DNA of 64,000 nt from Leucoraja erinacea. Lineage: Eukaryota. The stretch covers positions 19,220,001-19,284,000 of the forward strand of contig NC_073401.1 of assembly GCF_028641065.1 (NCBI RefSeq), written 5' to 3'. The translations under genes were made by a program, and so were the position numbers. The notes below the pieces were generated by a model. The model was not told the DNA's origin and did no database searches. It was given only the letters and a program-made list of their open reading frames with translations. Positions 13,453 to 26,217 of the stretch are shown piece after piece; within the stretch, counting starts at the first letter, position 1; each line of letters starts with the position of its first letter.

Positions 13453-14185
13453 CTTGTAATGGAAAGAAATACTTTAGTTTTCTATTTACTTCAATTCTAT
13501 GTACTTAATTTCCTTTTTATTGCAATAAACATTCTAATTACAAAGCATGCATCTTTGACAGGCACCATTGCAGTGTGAAACTGAAGTCATTCGGATAGTG
13601 CTTTTCTAATCCTTTATCCTACAAATCTTGGATATAATGCAAAAGATATTTGGGCTTTGCTTGGCATCTTTCAAAGTAGAGAGGTGATACTTCCATGACA
13701 AATCCTTTCTGTGCACGTTTAGGAGGTTGCTTTAACCAATGAAAATGGTCACTTGTGCCTGGAAATTCAAGATCTTGATATTCTAAATGTTTCTGTTAAT
13801 AGGCAGGTTAATAATTGTATATTATTGACAAGAATTTGTCATACTGCAACACGTCAGATTGGCCAGTGTACTCTGAACACACGGAAAGTGCTACAAAGCT
13901 CGTTTGTATTCTTGCAACTGATACATTATTAGTTAATTAATACACTGATTTAAACATTTGAAGTTAAGAATATAAGAAACAATAAAACCTCCCAAATAAA
14001 ACTCCTGCTAGAATTAGTGTGTCAATATTACAAATTCATTGAGGCAGATAGTATCACATTTAAAAGACATTTGGACAGGTACATGGACAGGAAAGATTTA
14101 GATGCAGGCAGGTGTGACCAGTGTAGATGGGGCATCTTGGTTGGCATACGCAAATTGGGCCGAAGAGCCTGCTTGTTTCCTGCTT

Positions 14186-14500
14186 CACGACTACACTCTG
14201 GCCACAAAGCTCCCGACACATTGTAATCTCAGTCACGGAGGCCGATGTCAGAAGAAACTTCACGAGGATAAACCCTTGTAAATTGTCTGACCCTGATAAT
14301 GTGCCTGGTTCTGTTCTTAAAATCTGTGTGGACATACTGTTTTTGCAGACATCTTCAACATCTCAATACTAAGGTCCAAGGTTCCCACTTGCTTTAAAAT
14401 ACTTTTTTTTAAACTCCCTCTGCAGTGCTGCTCAGCTTCCAGGCTGGAAACCAACTTCATAAGCAACACGTGAGTGACTTGATCAAAAGACCTGGTCAAA
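14186..14500 (+). mobile_element. Rex1/Babar-type LINE fragment
   Basis: Translates as VISVTEADVRRNFTRINPCKLSDPDNVPGSVLKIC, typical of the Rex1 region just before the RT. Confidence 0.7.
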
Positions 14501-15778
14501 CAAAAGCTTGAATATTATTTTAGTTTATTAATTGCTTTTTTTTTTTAAAGATTAGGGCAATTCCAGCAATCACTGCATTTATTGCCTGTGTGAATTTGCC
14601 CTCGAAAGTCGTGGTGAGACTTTTCCCTGAATGGCTACATTTCTTCTGGTGAAAGTGCTCCCCCAATGGGTAGGGAAATCCCTGAGCTGGGTGCAGCAAT
14701 GATGATGAAATAGCGATGTACTCCCGAGTCAGGATGGTGTATGAGTTGGAGTGGAACAGTAAGAGGTGATGTTCTCACACACCTATCTTCTGTGTCAGTT
14801 GGCAGTCGATGTTATGAGCAGACACCAGAGAACAAGACACTCCAGCATATTCACGGCCTGTTAGGGTTGGACTCAGCCCACCAGTATGGAGTTTAGGTGA
14901 AACTCAGTGAGAAGAATGAGTTGCCGAGCATGTGAAAAGCAAGAGTTGAGGAGCTCAAGAAGCACTTTGTTGGAGCACATCCATTTGTCATGATAAGAAC
15001 ACACGAAACAGGAGTAGGCTATTCCATCTTTCGTGCCATCTCGACCATTCAATAAGATCATGGCTGGTATTTTCCCTCACACCTTTTCCCTGACTAACCA
15101 TATATGCCTTGATTTCTTGAAAATCTGTTGATTTCTGCCACGAAATAGTCAATGAACAGCCAAGGTCCTTTGGAATAGATAATTTCAAAGATTCATTTCC
15201 CTTTGGGTTCATATGTGATAGGAGCAGTAATTAGGCCCTTTGGCCCATCACGTCTACGCTGCCATTCAATCATGTCTGATCTATCTTTCCGTCTCAACTC
15301 CATTCTCCAGCCTCTCCCCAGAACCCCTGGGTTACAAGATCTCGGGTCAGTCTTGAATAATCATTTGCTTATTTTGAAACTGAAAGTAGTTCTGGTCACT
15401 TCAGCCAAGTGAAAAAATTAGCCTTGCATCATTCCTGTACAGGGGTTATCAATAGAGAAGAATTTGAACTGGTCAGTGGGGAAAAAAATAATATTTGAGC
15501 TATAGATTCTCCAGCCCATCACGTCCGTGTATCCTGGCACACTGATCCTTGTAACCCTCGACACTAATCCCGATCTCCAATTATGTCGGTAATGATGATG
15601 GGAACTGAAATGGAGAGAAGCTGTGGGATCCTTTAAAGCCTTAACCTACAAGCAGGACTACTCACAAAAAAAATTACACATTATATGAACATCAGTGTTA
15701 TATTCTTTTTTCAGATGTTTACTAAACTATAAGCAGTTATTTTATTCAAAATACATAATAATATAAAACTGAGTTTAC

Positions 15779-15869
15779 CTCACCGTGGACGATAATGTCA
15801 ATTCTTAACCCAAATACTTTAGTCAAGGTCCTATATTCAACACCGTTCTCCATGAAGTACTTTGTATGC
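15779..15869 (-). CDS. P2RX2: P2RX2 exon 9
   Basis: (R)HTKYFMENGVEYRTLTKVFGLRIDIIVHGE; includes the ATP-binding Lys and the proton-sensing His. Confidence 0.95.
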
Positions 15870-16329
15870 CTAGCAGTCAGATGAAAAATTACAAGAGGAA
15901 AAGAACAATTATTGTAGCTGCAGGGCTTTGTTTGATGGTCACACCTAAATGCTTTTAGCAGTGCAGGGGCATCTGGGTTACACATGGCCTGGTTCACAGG
16001 AAACTGATTTTATGCTAATCCTGCCAGCATTTTTCAAGCTCACAATATAAAATAATAATAATGTAACATCCCATCTGTTCATTCAATGAGTTTAATTATG
16101 GACAGCGACGGATTGATAATTCAATTAAATGAAATCATTGTAGCAAGTGTATGTGGTGTAATACAGTGGGGGTTTATGCAGAAGAATCTCATCATATTTT
16201 TGACGCAGAAATTGTATGGACAGTTTTAGGAAATATCGCATCACACGGAATTTGTGCAGTGTAGATAATCCCCGAGTTACACAAGTGTTCTGTTCCTGAG
16301 AACTGTTCATACAATTTCTGCGTGTGTAG

Positions 16330-16765
16330 ATAAACTGCAGATGCTGGTTTAAACCGAAGATGGACACAAAAGCTGGAGTAACTCAGCGGGACAGGTATCA
16401 TCTCTGGAGAGAAGGAATGCGTGACGTTTTAAGTCGAGACCCTTCTTCAGACTGGTTAGGGTTAGGGAATCGAGAGATACAGACAGATGTGGAGAGATAA
16501 AGAACAATGAATGAAAGATATGCAAAAATGTAATAATGATAAAGGAAACGGGCCATTGTAAGCTGTTTGTAGGGTGAAAGTGAGAAGCTGGTGCAACTTG
16601 CGTGGGAGAGGGATAGACAGAGGGAATGCCGGGGCTACCTGAAGTGAGAGAAATCAATATTCATACCACTGGGCAGTAAGCTGCCCAAGCGAAATATGAG
16701 ATGCTGTTCCTCCAGTTTGCATTTAGCCGCATTCTGACAATGGAGGATAGAAAGGTCCGTGGGGA
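16330..16765 (-). mobile_element. Penelope-like element 3' end with pLTR
   Basis: Minus strand encodes ...LEEQHLIFRLGSL...GMNIDFS, followed by a pLTR with a degenerate ctgaagaagggtctcgac..aaacgtcac core. Confidence 0.75.
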
Positions 16766-17769
16766 GAAGCAGTTTCTACTAGATTGAAGGGTCAGTAACT
16801 GAAGCACACAAATATAAGATTCAGCTTCTATGAAGCAGAATGGTTGATGGTATATTTGTTTTTGTTACTTTTGATGATCTGGAATTGACTACTCAAAAAT
16901 AGTGCTAAAGTCAAATTTAATAGTCACTGTCAGAAGGGAATCTGAACACAAAGGACTTGCAACATAGGAAAGACATCCACGGTAATTAAGGGAATTCAAC
17001 AGAAACTTGATCAGAGACACAGGCTTTAACGCATCTCGTAGGGAGACAGTGAGGTAGTGAAGTGGAAAGAATAAAGAGGGAATTTTAAGCCTTTCCTCTT
17101 GGCCGTTGACACAGACATAAACAAATAAAATTGGGCAGCTTAATAAGTCATAATTGAAGCATGGCTGAGTCTTACAAAAAGAATTAGAGATAATACGGTT
17201 CGAGCACCATATTGAAAAAAAGTTTTTTGTTAAAATAAAATGATGGTAAAATGGGAACCAATGATACCAGGAGAGTTGTGCGAACAGCACAGTGCAAATC
17301 AGGGCAGATATAGAGTTTGTCAAGTTCACAGAAGGTGAAATGTGGGACGTGAGTCAGAAATGCTTTGGTAGAAATCTAGGAATCATGGAACCCCATGGAA
17401 CTATCTTAGTGAAAAAGATTGCAATCACTGAAACCCAAGTTTCCATGTTTCCATGAATATTTGCAATAGATTTTTAATTATTATCCTGATTGCGGGCCAC
17501 TAAACTGGCCATTCTCCAGAATGAAACAAATGTATTTTGTAATTTCTACGAATATCTAATGCTTGAATGACTTTTGGACTCAAGAATTCTTAATATATTT
17601 TAACATGTTACTCAGTGCTGAAGCTCACGGGTTCATGATAACTTTGCACAGGTAACACACAACTGTGGAGGCTGCAGAGACTGCATTTTTAGAGCAACCT
17701 GAATGCTAACGTAGCAACATGAAGCAAATTTACACACATTGAAGTCCTGAAAATCAAGGATGAACTGAC

Positions 17770-17879
17770 CTGAAGTTATATCCTGAATTCAGTTTTCTAA
17801 AGGAATATTGAGGGTTGCATTCGGAAGCATCTTTATCCAGATCACACACCCAGTTTATAATTACTCCCAGAACTCCTCC
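17770..17879 (-). CDS. P2RX2: P2RX2 exon 8
   Basis: [36 protein letters not shown](R); cag/gtcagt splice sites. Confidence 0.95.
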
Positions 17880-18299
17880 CTGCAGTGTACAGAAACAAAC
17901 AGGTTAAATCCAGTTTAAATACCATTTGAAATATTTTGGAGGACCAAGAGCCAAGGTAAAGTCAATTAGATCAAAGCATCAACAAGTATTGCTCTCCCAT
18001 TTAATTGTGATGATAATTCATAATACACATGTTTTGTGCCACTTGCCTAGAACTACTACAACGTAAGCTTTTCATGAACTGACTAATGATTGATTTACAT
18101 TCTCTTGTTAAGGTTGTTTTTTCTTAAGTTGAAAATGTTTCTCCATTATACCTTTGTGTGAAACACTACCATCGGTTTCTCTCTCGCTGACACACACCCT
18201 CACACCCGCATATTGTGTCTTCTGCTCTGAATATTCAAAAATGTACTTCTTTAAATACACTCAATGATTGAGCTCCACTGAGGTAGAGAATTTCAGAAA

Positions 18300-18900
18300 A
18301 TTCAGAAAATCAGAACTCTGCAATAAGAAACTTATATGCACCTCAATTTTAAATGACCACCCTCTAATATTGTAAGTATACCCCCTTGTTTGAATTCTTC
18401 CCAATTATGGGAACATCTTGGCATCTATCTTGTCATGTCCCCTCTGGATCATTTGTGTTTTAATAAGATCACTCTTCATTATTCAAAACTCCAGAGAACA
18501 ATGCAGGGTGATCGCTTTCAATTCTATCCTATCCTTTCTTAGGTCAGGGGACAACAACAGTATTCAGTTCTTGAGATGTGGCCTCACCTGCACCCTGTAC
18601 AACGTAATGCAAATGACCCATTTCGCAACTCCAACCCTCTTATGATAAAGGCGAATATGCCATTCACCCTCCATACACTTGCTGTGTTTGCACCCTGCCT
18701 TTTGTAATTCATGCACAAGCGCGCCGAGATGTACTTCACTTATCTGCAATCTTTGCCCATTTAGATAAGTCTATCCTAGACTCCCCTTATTGAAGTGCAT
18801 AAGTTTACACTTTCCTACATGAAACTGCATTTGCTGAGTTTTTGCCCAATCGCTCACTTTATTGCAGTCCAGTTGTAGATTCCAAATATCCTTGTTGCAA
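18300..18900 (-). mobile_element. old CR1 LINE fragment
   Basis: Minus strand reads LYRVQVRPHL...; degenerate CR1 RT C-terminus. Confidence 0.65.
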
Positions 18901-19747
18901 CATTCCTTACCATAAATTTCCTTTTCACCCTCTCATGTAACTACCTTACATGTGAGCCATTATATGGCCAGTTACTGGACAACAGGTCAAACTAATTGGA
19001 GTGGGGTTTAATGGAGAGAGGGGGGTAAAACCCTCCTGTTGGTAATTCTGGCTTGTATTTGACTTTGGGAAAGGAATACAAGAGGGTGAACTTGACTGGG
19101 CTGCCCTTCAAAGCTTTCTGACAATTGAAGATATCAGAAACCAGAGAGTGAATGTGTAATCGCCAAACTTAGTTTAGTTGAGATAAGTATAAGATGTTAC
19201 ATGTTCAGTGGAAGGAGGAAGTCACATCGAAAATGTGCAAAGTGGAAGACCTAAGATCTCGGGGTATAGTGACACAAATTACCAGAAGAAATGTAGGAGC
19301 ATATAAAAATTACATGTGATGCAGTCATTTCTAAGAGGATAGGAGGATAGAGCACGTTGCCAACATAGGAACAGTCTCATCTCAAAATAACATTGTTTTT
19401 TTGTATTTTATTTTAACAGTCACACACACGTTATTCAAATACACTGCCATAAAAGTAACGGGAACTAGAGATAATGTGTGAGAATTCATAAAGAGAAATG
19501 ACACAAGCATAGAATAGTAGAAGACAGGAACAGGCCCTTCAGCCCATTGTGTGTATGGCCAACCATGGTGCTATTCTAACTAATGGCATCTGTCTGTACA
19601 TGGTCTGTATCCCTCTATTTCTTGCCTGTTCATACATCTGTCTGAATTCTTCTTAAACGTTGCTTTCGTATCTGTGCTTCCACCATCTCTCCAGGCATTT
19701 TGTCAGCAAATGTTTATGGAAGAGTTAACATATTTAAATCGTCGTAC

Positions 19748-19877
19748 CTTTTCGCGGAGGTTATCAAAACTCTCTCCGGCTTTTTCAGCAATGAAGCCAA
19801 TTGGGAAAATGGGACAGTAGAGGTTGGTGTCCTCATCAAACGTGCAATTTAGTTTTGAACTTTTCTGAATATTTCCT
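19748..19877 (-). CDS. P2RX2: P2RX2 exon 7
   Basis: GNIQKSSKLNCTFDEDTNLYCPIFPIGFIAEKAGESFDNLREK; cag/gtacga splice sites. Confidence 0.95.
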
Positions 19878-20356
19878 CTGGGAATAAATATGTGAAAAGG
19901 AGATATAATATGATTGAATAAATAATTTAATACTACCCATGACAAACAAGTCTGATGGTATCTTAAAATATTACTTTCTTCAATAAATGAAATAAATTGA
20001 ACATCCTTTCAACTCTTAAATAGTGTTCATTGCTTCATATTATCCAATAACAAGAGCTCTATAACTAAATATCAGAATTCCTCTTTTTAAACTGGGAGCC
20101 CAGGTTAAATAAATAAATGCACCTGGCATTGTCTGAGAGACAATATCAATTATCCACTTTAACTTAGGAAATACTCATATCCACTAACAAAGCTACAGCA
20201 GTAAACTAAAATAACCCTGGATGAAATTCCCATCAATATTCCTCAATGATAGCCCACATGTATATAAAATTCACCTGCATGTACCCCTCATTAATCTGGA
20301 AACATAAATACCAGTCAATAAAATCCCATTCCACATCTGCATGGTGAACATGCCTT

Positions 20357-21200
20357 TCAAAGGTATCAAAGGTATTTTATTAGTCACATTCACATACACC
20401 GAGGTGCAGTGAAGTGAAATGCTTTTTGCCATTTTGCAGCACACAAAAAAAAGAATACAGACATAACACCAATGAGAGTCTTAAACACATAGAACATCCC
20501 CCCACAATGGCTCCCACCATGAGGGAAGGCACAAAGTCCAGTCCCCAACCCCAGTTCACCCATAGTCGGGCCTATTGAGGCCTCCACAGTTGCCTCTACG
20601 GAGGCCCGATGTTCCTGGCCGTTCTCGCCGGGTGATGTTGCTCCGGCGTCGGGAGAGTCCTCCCAGCGGCCTGGGAACCCTGGAATGGCCGCTTCCGTAC
20701 TGGAGGCCGCGGCTTCCGAAGCTGACAAGGCCGCGCCAGTTGGAGCTCCACAACTGGCGATCTCGTCGCGAGATCCCAGGCTCCCGATGTTAACTTCGGC
20801 GCCGCCGCCCGCAGCTGGCCGCTCCACAGTCCCGCAGCTCCGCGATGTTTTACCCGGCGGTCTCAGCTCACCGGAGTTCCAGCGCGGCGACCGGGGCAAG
20901 GCATCGCCCGCTCCGCGATAGCGCTCCAGCGCTGTGCCGCCGCCGAAGCTGTGGTTCTGAGCGGTCCCCGACAGGAAACCCGCCGCGACGACGGGTCGAA
21001 GCTGCAGCCCGGAGAAAAGCTGCCTCTCCGACCAGGTAGGGACCCTGAAAGGTAGTTTCCCCCCTTCTTCCCCCCCCCCCCCACATAAAAAAAGTCTAGA
21101 CCTCCAACAAAACACTTTAACTAACTAAAAATAAAAATAAAAAGATGAAGAGACAGACAGCTGCTGGCTGGGCAGCCGGGCACAGGACAGCGCCCCCTTT
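20357..21200 (-). mobile_element. GC/CpG-rich non-autonomous retroposon
   Basis: On the minus strand it starts ggggcgctgt, has a CpG-rich body, and ends in a LINE-like 3' end (gtgactaataaa) plus a short tacctttga tandem tail. Confidence 0.6.
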
Positions 21201-21313
21201 GCTGTCTTCCTTGCTGAACATCAAGAAAGATGATCAACGTCTGCCACTAATTCCTAAATGCACAAAACATCCCGAGCCTGCAATACATGTCACAGCAACA
21301 AGTTCCACCTTAC

Positions 21314-21394
21314 TTTGAGAACCCAAACCTCGGGAAATTAATGCTGTTCTTGATGAACAAAGTAAGATTCTGTACTCCTTCCAGTACTGAGTCT
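21314..21394 (-). CDS. P2RX2: P2RX2 exon 6
   Basis: DSVLEGVQNLTLFIKNSINFPRFGFSK; cag/gtaagg splice sites. Confidence 0.95.
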
Positions 21395-22689
21395 CTGCAA
21401 GAAAAGAGAAACCTGGTTTTAGAACACAATTACATTTTCTAATAGAACAGCTAACTTACAGTAGAAACAAGAGAAATTAGAAAACTGCTTTGGCAATTTC
21501 TTTGTGTTGCTGTCGACCTCCAGCAAAATCAAACCATGTTTATGATCAAAGAAATTAATGTTTAAACCTGAGTTTTATTTTGTTGATGTGCAGTGTGCCA
21601 TTGGACCAGAAAGATCTCCCTCAAAGTGTATTTTGAATTCTACCATGTGGTGATCCTTGCTTCCTCAGGACCTTTAACAATGTGTTTACCCTTGTCCCGC
21701 TTTTCAATTTTGCCCCAAGCTGCTCATTATTGCTCAGCAAAACTTTCCTCCCCGTCCGATCTATGCAGCTATGGACCACAATAACAGGATTCTCCCCTTT
21801 CCAATTCTAGGTCCTCTCCAGCCGAGGGGATTGCCAAAATCCTAGCACTGGGCAGATCACACATCTTTCAGGACTCCCTCTTTACTTTAGATAACACTGT
21901 TTGTTCTCCTAACTATGCTGTCTCCCATAACTATTTTCTCCACATACTTGAATGGCTTCTGGCACATGGGACAGTTTGCAGTCCCAATCCCCATTCCCAT
22001 CAAGTCTACCTCATTGTCAGAGCAACAGTGGGAGATAGCAAAAGACAGACGTTGGATTGGTTGAGTGATCAATATTGGCTAATTGAGCAGCTAATAAAAA
22101 GGTAAGGCCAAACTTGTAGAACTTATTCTAAGCGGCGCGACTGCCATTGGCAACATAATATGCAGGTAATTCTCCCCCTCTCTGATGTGTCACAGATAAA
22201 TTTAGTCTCCTTCTCGATCCTCAGCTCAGGATCCTTGAATCCAAAACATTCTGTAGATGTGATCCCATAGTGGGGTCCACCAATGTTGGCATAAAACACA
22301 GAATAGTATATTACAGGGACAGGTCCTTTAGCCCAACTGTTACCTGCAAATTGCAACTACCATCTGCCCAGCCATCTCAGTTCCATCTTGTTAGTTAATT
22401 TGATTGGACTGGATTTAATAGTCTTTAATATGCTCTCTTTCTCTTTAATTTATCTCATTAACCAATCAACTATTAATTAATAGGCTATCGCCATGACAAT
22501 TCTTGCCTCAACCTTTCAAAAACATTTCCTTTGTCCAATCCATTATTTCCTCCATTCTTTCTGCAACTTAACTCTATGTTTTTTCCTCTCAACCAATTCT
22601 GATGAGAGATCTTGGACTGAAACCTCTACCTGTGCTTCTCCTTCCACAGATGCTGCCTGGCTTGCTGAGTATTCCCAGCATTTTATGAG

Positions 22690-23245
22690 AGAGGTAGGGT
22701 GGAGAGGGAGGGGAGGGGTTAGAGAGGGAGGGGAGGGGTTAGAGAGAGAGGGGAGGGGTTAGAGAGAGAGGGGAGGGGGTTAGAGAGAGAGGGGAGGGGT
22801 TAGAGAGAGAGGGGAGGGGTTAGAGAGAGAGGGGAGGGGTTAGAGAGAGAGGGAGGGGTTAGAGATTGGGGGGGGGGGTAGAGAGGGAGGGAGGTAGAGA
22901 GATGAGGGGGGGGGGTGCGAGGCGTTACAGGGGAGGGCTGGTTCCTGAACGCAATACTCCACCACTCACCCATAGGTCCCAATATTCACCACTCCCTAGT
23001 GAGGGGGGGGGGGGGGGGGCAGAGGGAGGGAGGGGGGGCAGAGAGGGGGGGGGAGAGGAGAGAGGAAGGGCCCCCTCCCCCCCCCCCCCTCCTCCTCCCC
23101 CCCTCCCCCCCCCCTCTACCCTACCCCCCCCCCCCCCTCTACTCCCCCCCCCCCCCCCCCTCCCCCCCCCTCCCATCCCCCTCTCTCCCCCCCCCTCGCT
23201 CTCTCTTTCTCTGCCCCGGGAGGGGGAGGGGGGGGAGGGGGTAGA
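22690..23245. repeat. G-rich minisatellite plus G/C low-complexity tracts
   Basis: About 8 copies of a ~20-nt unit (ggggttagagagagagggga) at ~22715-22865, then alternating poly-G and poly-C tracts. Confidence 0.9.
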
Positions 23246-23441
23246 GGCAGCACAGCACCTACCAGAGCAGGCCTCCCCACCAAGCGCCGGGCCCGAGCTA
23301 GGCTGTGGCTGGCGTGGACCTTCAACATCTCATTGTCAATGATGGCTTTGGCCCCACAACTACAGCAGAAAGTTTTTTCTAAGATAGTGAGCAGTCTAGG
23401 GATCAGTAATAAGCAATAACTATGAAGTATTTTACAGAAAC

Positions 23442-23535
23442 CTCATGTTTATTTCATTCTCCGCTGGGCACCACGCTTCGACCTCGCATGTCTTATTCAT
23501 GTCACGGAAAATTACACATCTCCCCGTTTTAATTC
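23442..23535 (-). CDS. P2RX2: P2RX2 exon 5
   Basis: GIKTGRCVIFRDMNKTCEVEAWCPAENEINM; phase 1/2, consistent with neighbouring exons. Confidence 0.93.
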
Positions 23536-24147
23536 CTGTACAGGAGAAGCATTTGAGAATATTAGTTACAGCAACAAAAACTTAATTTTGTTTACAGAAC
23601 AATTTTTGGTAAAATGACTGTTCAGGAAACTTGTTTCACTGGACACCTTGCGTATAATGATGTTTCCAGCATGTTGATGTTGGGGAGTTTGAACCTCACA
23701 CTTCATGGTGAGCAGGTTATTGAATCTCCTTTGCAAAGCGAACCATATTTTTTGCAAATAAGACCAGCAAAGCCTCGGGTAATTACTGACAATAATTCCA
23801 AACTCCTCCTAACCTTCCCACCCCCCCCAAAGGAAAATTGAAGTCTGAGTTGATGGAGTATGAGAATAGTAGCAACGATATTTTGAATTTATATTGTGTC
23901 CAAATAAATTTAAACCATTTATTTTAAACCATCCACGGTCACAAATCTTATGAATTTGACACTTTGAGCCAAATGAGAAAATATTACAAAGAGTGATAAA
24001 AAATCTTATTCAGAGATAGGATGTAAAAGATTTAGGAAAACAGAAAGATACGGCAAGAAAATTTCACAGCTTATGTCCTGGGCAGCAGAAAGAATGGTCT
24101 CTAATGATAGGCACAACATGCTGGAGCAGCTCAGCGGGTCAGGCAGT

Positions 24148-24395
24148 ATGAATGATGATTGAATGAATGAATGGACGAATGAATGAATGAATGTATGAAT
24201 GGATGCTTGAATGAATGAATGAATGATGATTGATTGAATGAATGAAGGAATAAATAAATGGATGAATGAATGTATGAATAATTTTATTGTCCAAGTATTC
24301 ACATGCAAGGAATTTGCCTTGGTGCTCCACCCACAAGTGACAACATGACAACAGTGACAGTTACGTATGATACATAAAACATTAAACATTAATAA
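24148..24395 (-). mobile_element. LINE/SINE 3' end with (ATTC)n tail, nested in a Penelope pLTR fragment
   Basis: (GAAT)n microsatellite at 24148-24278 plus an AATAAA-bearing 3' end. It splits the host motif cagcgggtcaggcag...ctctggagaaaagg. Confidence 0.65.
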
Positions 24396-24921
24396 TCTCT
24401 GGAGAAAAGGAATAGGAGACGTTTCGGGTCAAGACCCTTCATTATAAAATGGAACTTGCAAAAGACAGGAACAAATGAAGAATGAAGATCTTGGAGGTTA
24501 TTGGCCTGAGTGAACACAATGATGGGCACTGAGAAACAACCACTGGTAGGCAACAATGGTCAGAATGGACATGAGTATTAGGTGTACGAAATTTGGTACA
24601 AATTAGGAATTAGGTAACGGAGCTTTATATGACATTTGGAGTACAAACATGGGTCTTTCAGATTAACTAATTTGAATGTTCAAGATTGTTGGACAAAGGC
24701 GGGAGATGAAAAGATGGGTATGAACCCAAAAGGATAAATGCAAAGTGTGAAACTCAAGGGTAGAAAAGTTGTGATTTGTGTAGATGATGGAGGAATGCAG
24801 GATTCAGGGGAGAACCCAAGGTCAGCCAGGGTTCATGGGAGAGGAGTCTTTTACCCAGGATAGGGGAATCAAGAATCAGAAGGCATATGTTTAAGACGAG
24901 AGGGGAAAGTTTTAATGAACA

Positions 24922-25240
24922 TCGGGCCACCCGGGGCGGCGACTGCGGGTGCTCGGAAGGCCCCGACCACGGATGAACACGGAGGGGAGGCTGGCTGGAC
25001 TATGGTGCCATCCTCACCTTGGTGCCATTAATGTTATGTTATGTTGTGTCGTGGACTTTCTGTGTTTGTGCTTTTTTTTAATTCAATTTCAATTTTATTT
25101 TTAATATGTTTTAATATTTATTTTTTATTTATTTATTTTTTAGGTGATTTTTTTATGATACTGCCTGTAAGGGAAATTCATTTCGTTGTCTCAAATTGAG
25201 ACAATGACAATAAATTTGAATACAATACAATACAACACAA
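24922..25240 (+). mobile_element. 5'-truncated retroposon with (TACAA)n tail, nested in a CR1 fragment
   Basis: GC-rich start, stem-loop ttgtctcaaattgagacaa, aataaa and a tacaa tail; flanked by ttaatg..aac on both sides within CR1 sequence. Confidence 0.65.
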
Positions 25241-26217
25241 TTAATGGGAACCTGAGAGGCAACTTTTTCACTCAGAGTATGATTTGCAAATTGAAATAGC
25301 TGCCAGAGGAGGCAAGTACAATAACAACATTTAAAAGACACTTTCTACTTGGATAGAAAAGGTTTAAAGGAATCTGGACTAAACGGGGGCAAATGGGACA
25401 AGCTTAGATGGAGCATCTTGATTGGAATGGACGTTGGGCCGAAGGAGCTGTTTCTGTGCTGTATGATTCTGAAAACATTGACAGTTGGCTTAGCTACAAC
25501 TTGTTTTAACCAGCTATCAAAGTGCCAAATGTTTATAAAACAATCATAATTAAACAAAAAAATTAAATTATTGTTTACTATACTGACGACGTGACTAGAG
25601 GGTATTAGCTATAAGGTTGGACAAACCTGGATTGTGTTCTCTGGAGCATCAGAGGCTGAGGGGAGACCTGATTGAAGTATGTAAACTTATGAACGGCATA
25701 GAAAAGGTAGACAGTTCGAACCTTCTTCCCAGAGTGGAAATGTCAAAGACTACGGGGAATAGCTTTAAGGTGAAAAGGGGCAAAGTTTAAAGGAGATGTG
25801 CGGGGCAGTTTTTTTACACAGAGCGTGGTGGGTGCTTGGGGTGCGCTGCCAGGGTTGGTGGTGGAGACGGATATAATAGTGGTGTTTAAGAGGCTTGTGG
25901 ATAGGCACATGATGTGCATGGAATGGAGGGGCATGGATCATGTGCAGGCAGATTAAATTAGTTTGCTTGGCATCAAGTTCGGCACAGGCATTGTGGGCTG
26001 TAGGGCCCGTGTTCTTGTGCTGTTTTTTTCTAAAGTGTTCTGTGTTGAAAGATTTAAAATATTAAATGAACTTAAAATAATATTTTAAAAACTTAATCAT
26101 TAACCTTGTACCTTAAATAAAAAGCTGGAGATTTGTTCCAAGACTCCGTGAGGAGCCCAGCCTGACAGCAGAGTGATGGCAAAGCTCCTAGACTAGACTG
26201 TGGAACAGCATCCCCCT

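Noticed and set aside
20390-21115. 241-aa ORF and overlapping ORFs as a novel gene
   Set aside because: Open frames on both strands result from the high GC content of a repeat; no domain is recognisable.
22866-23342. Gly/Pro-rich ORFs resembling formin or collagen (LRCOL1-like)
   Set aside because: They are translations of G/C homopolymer tracts with no Gly-X-Y periodicity.
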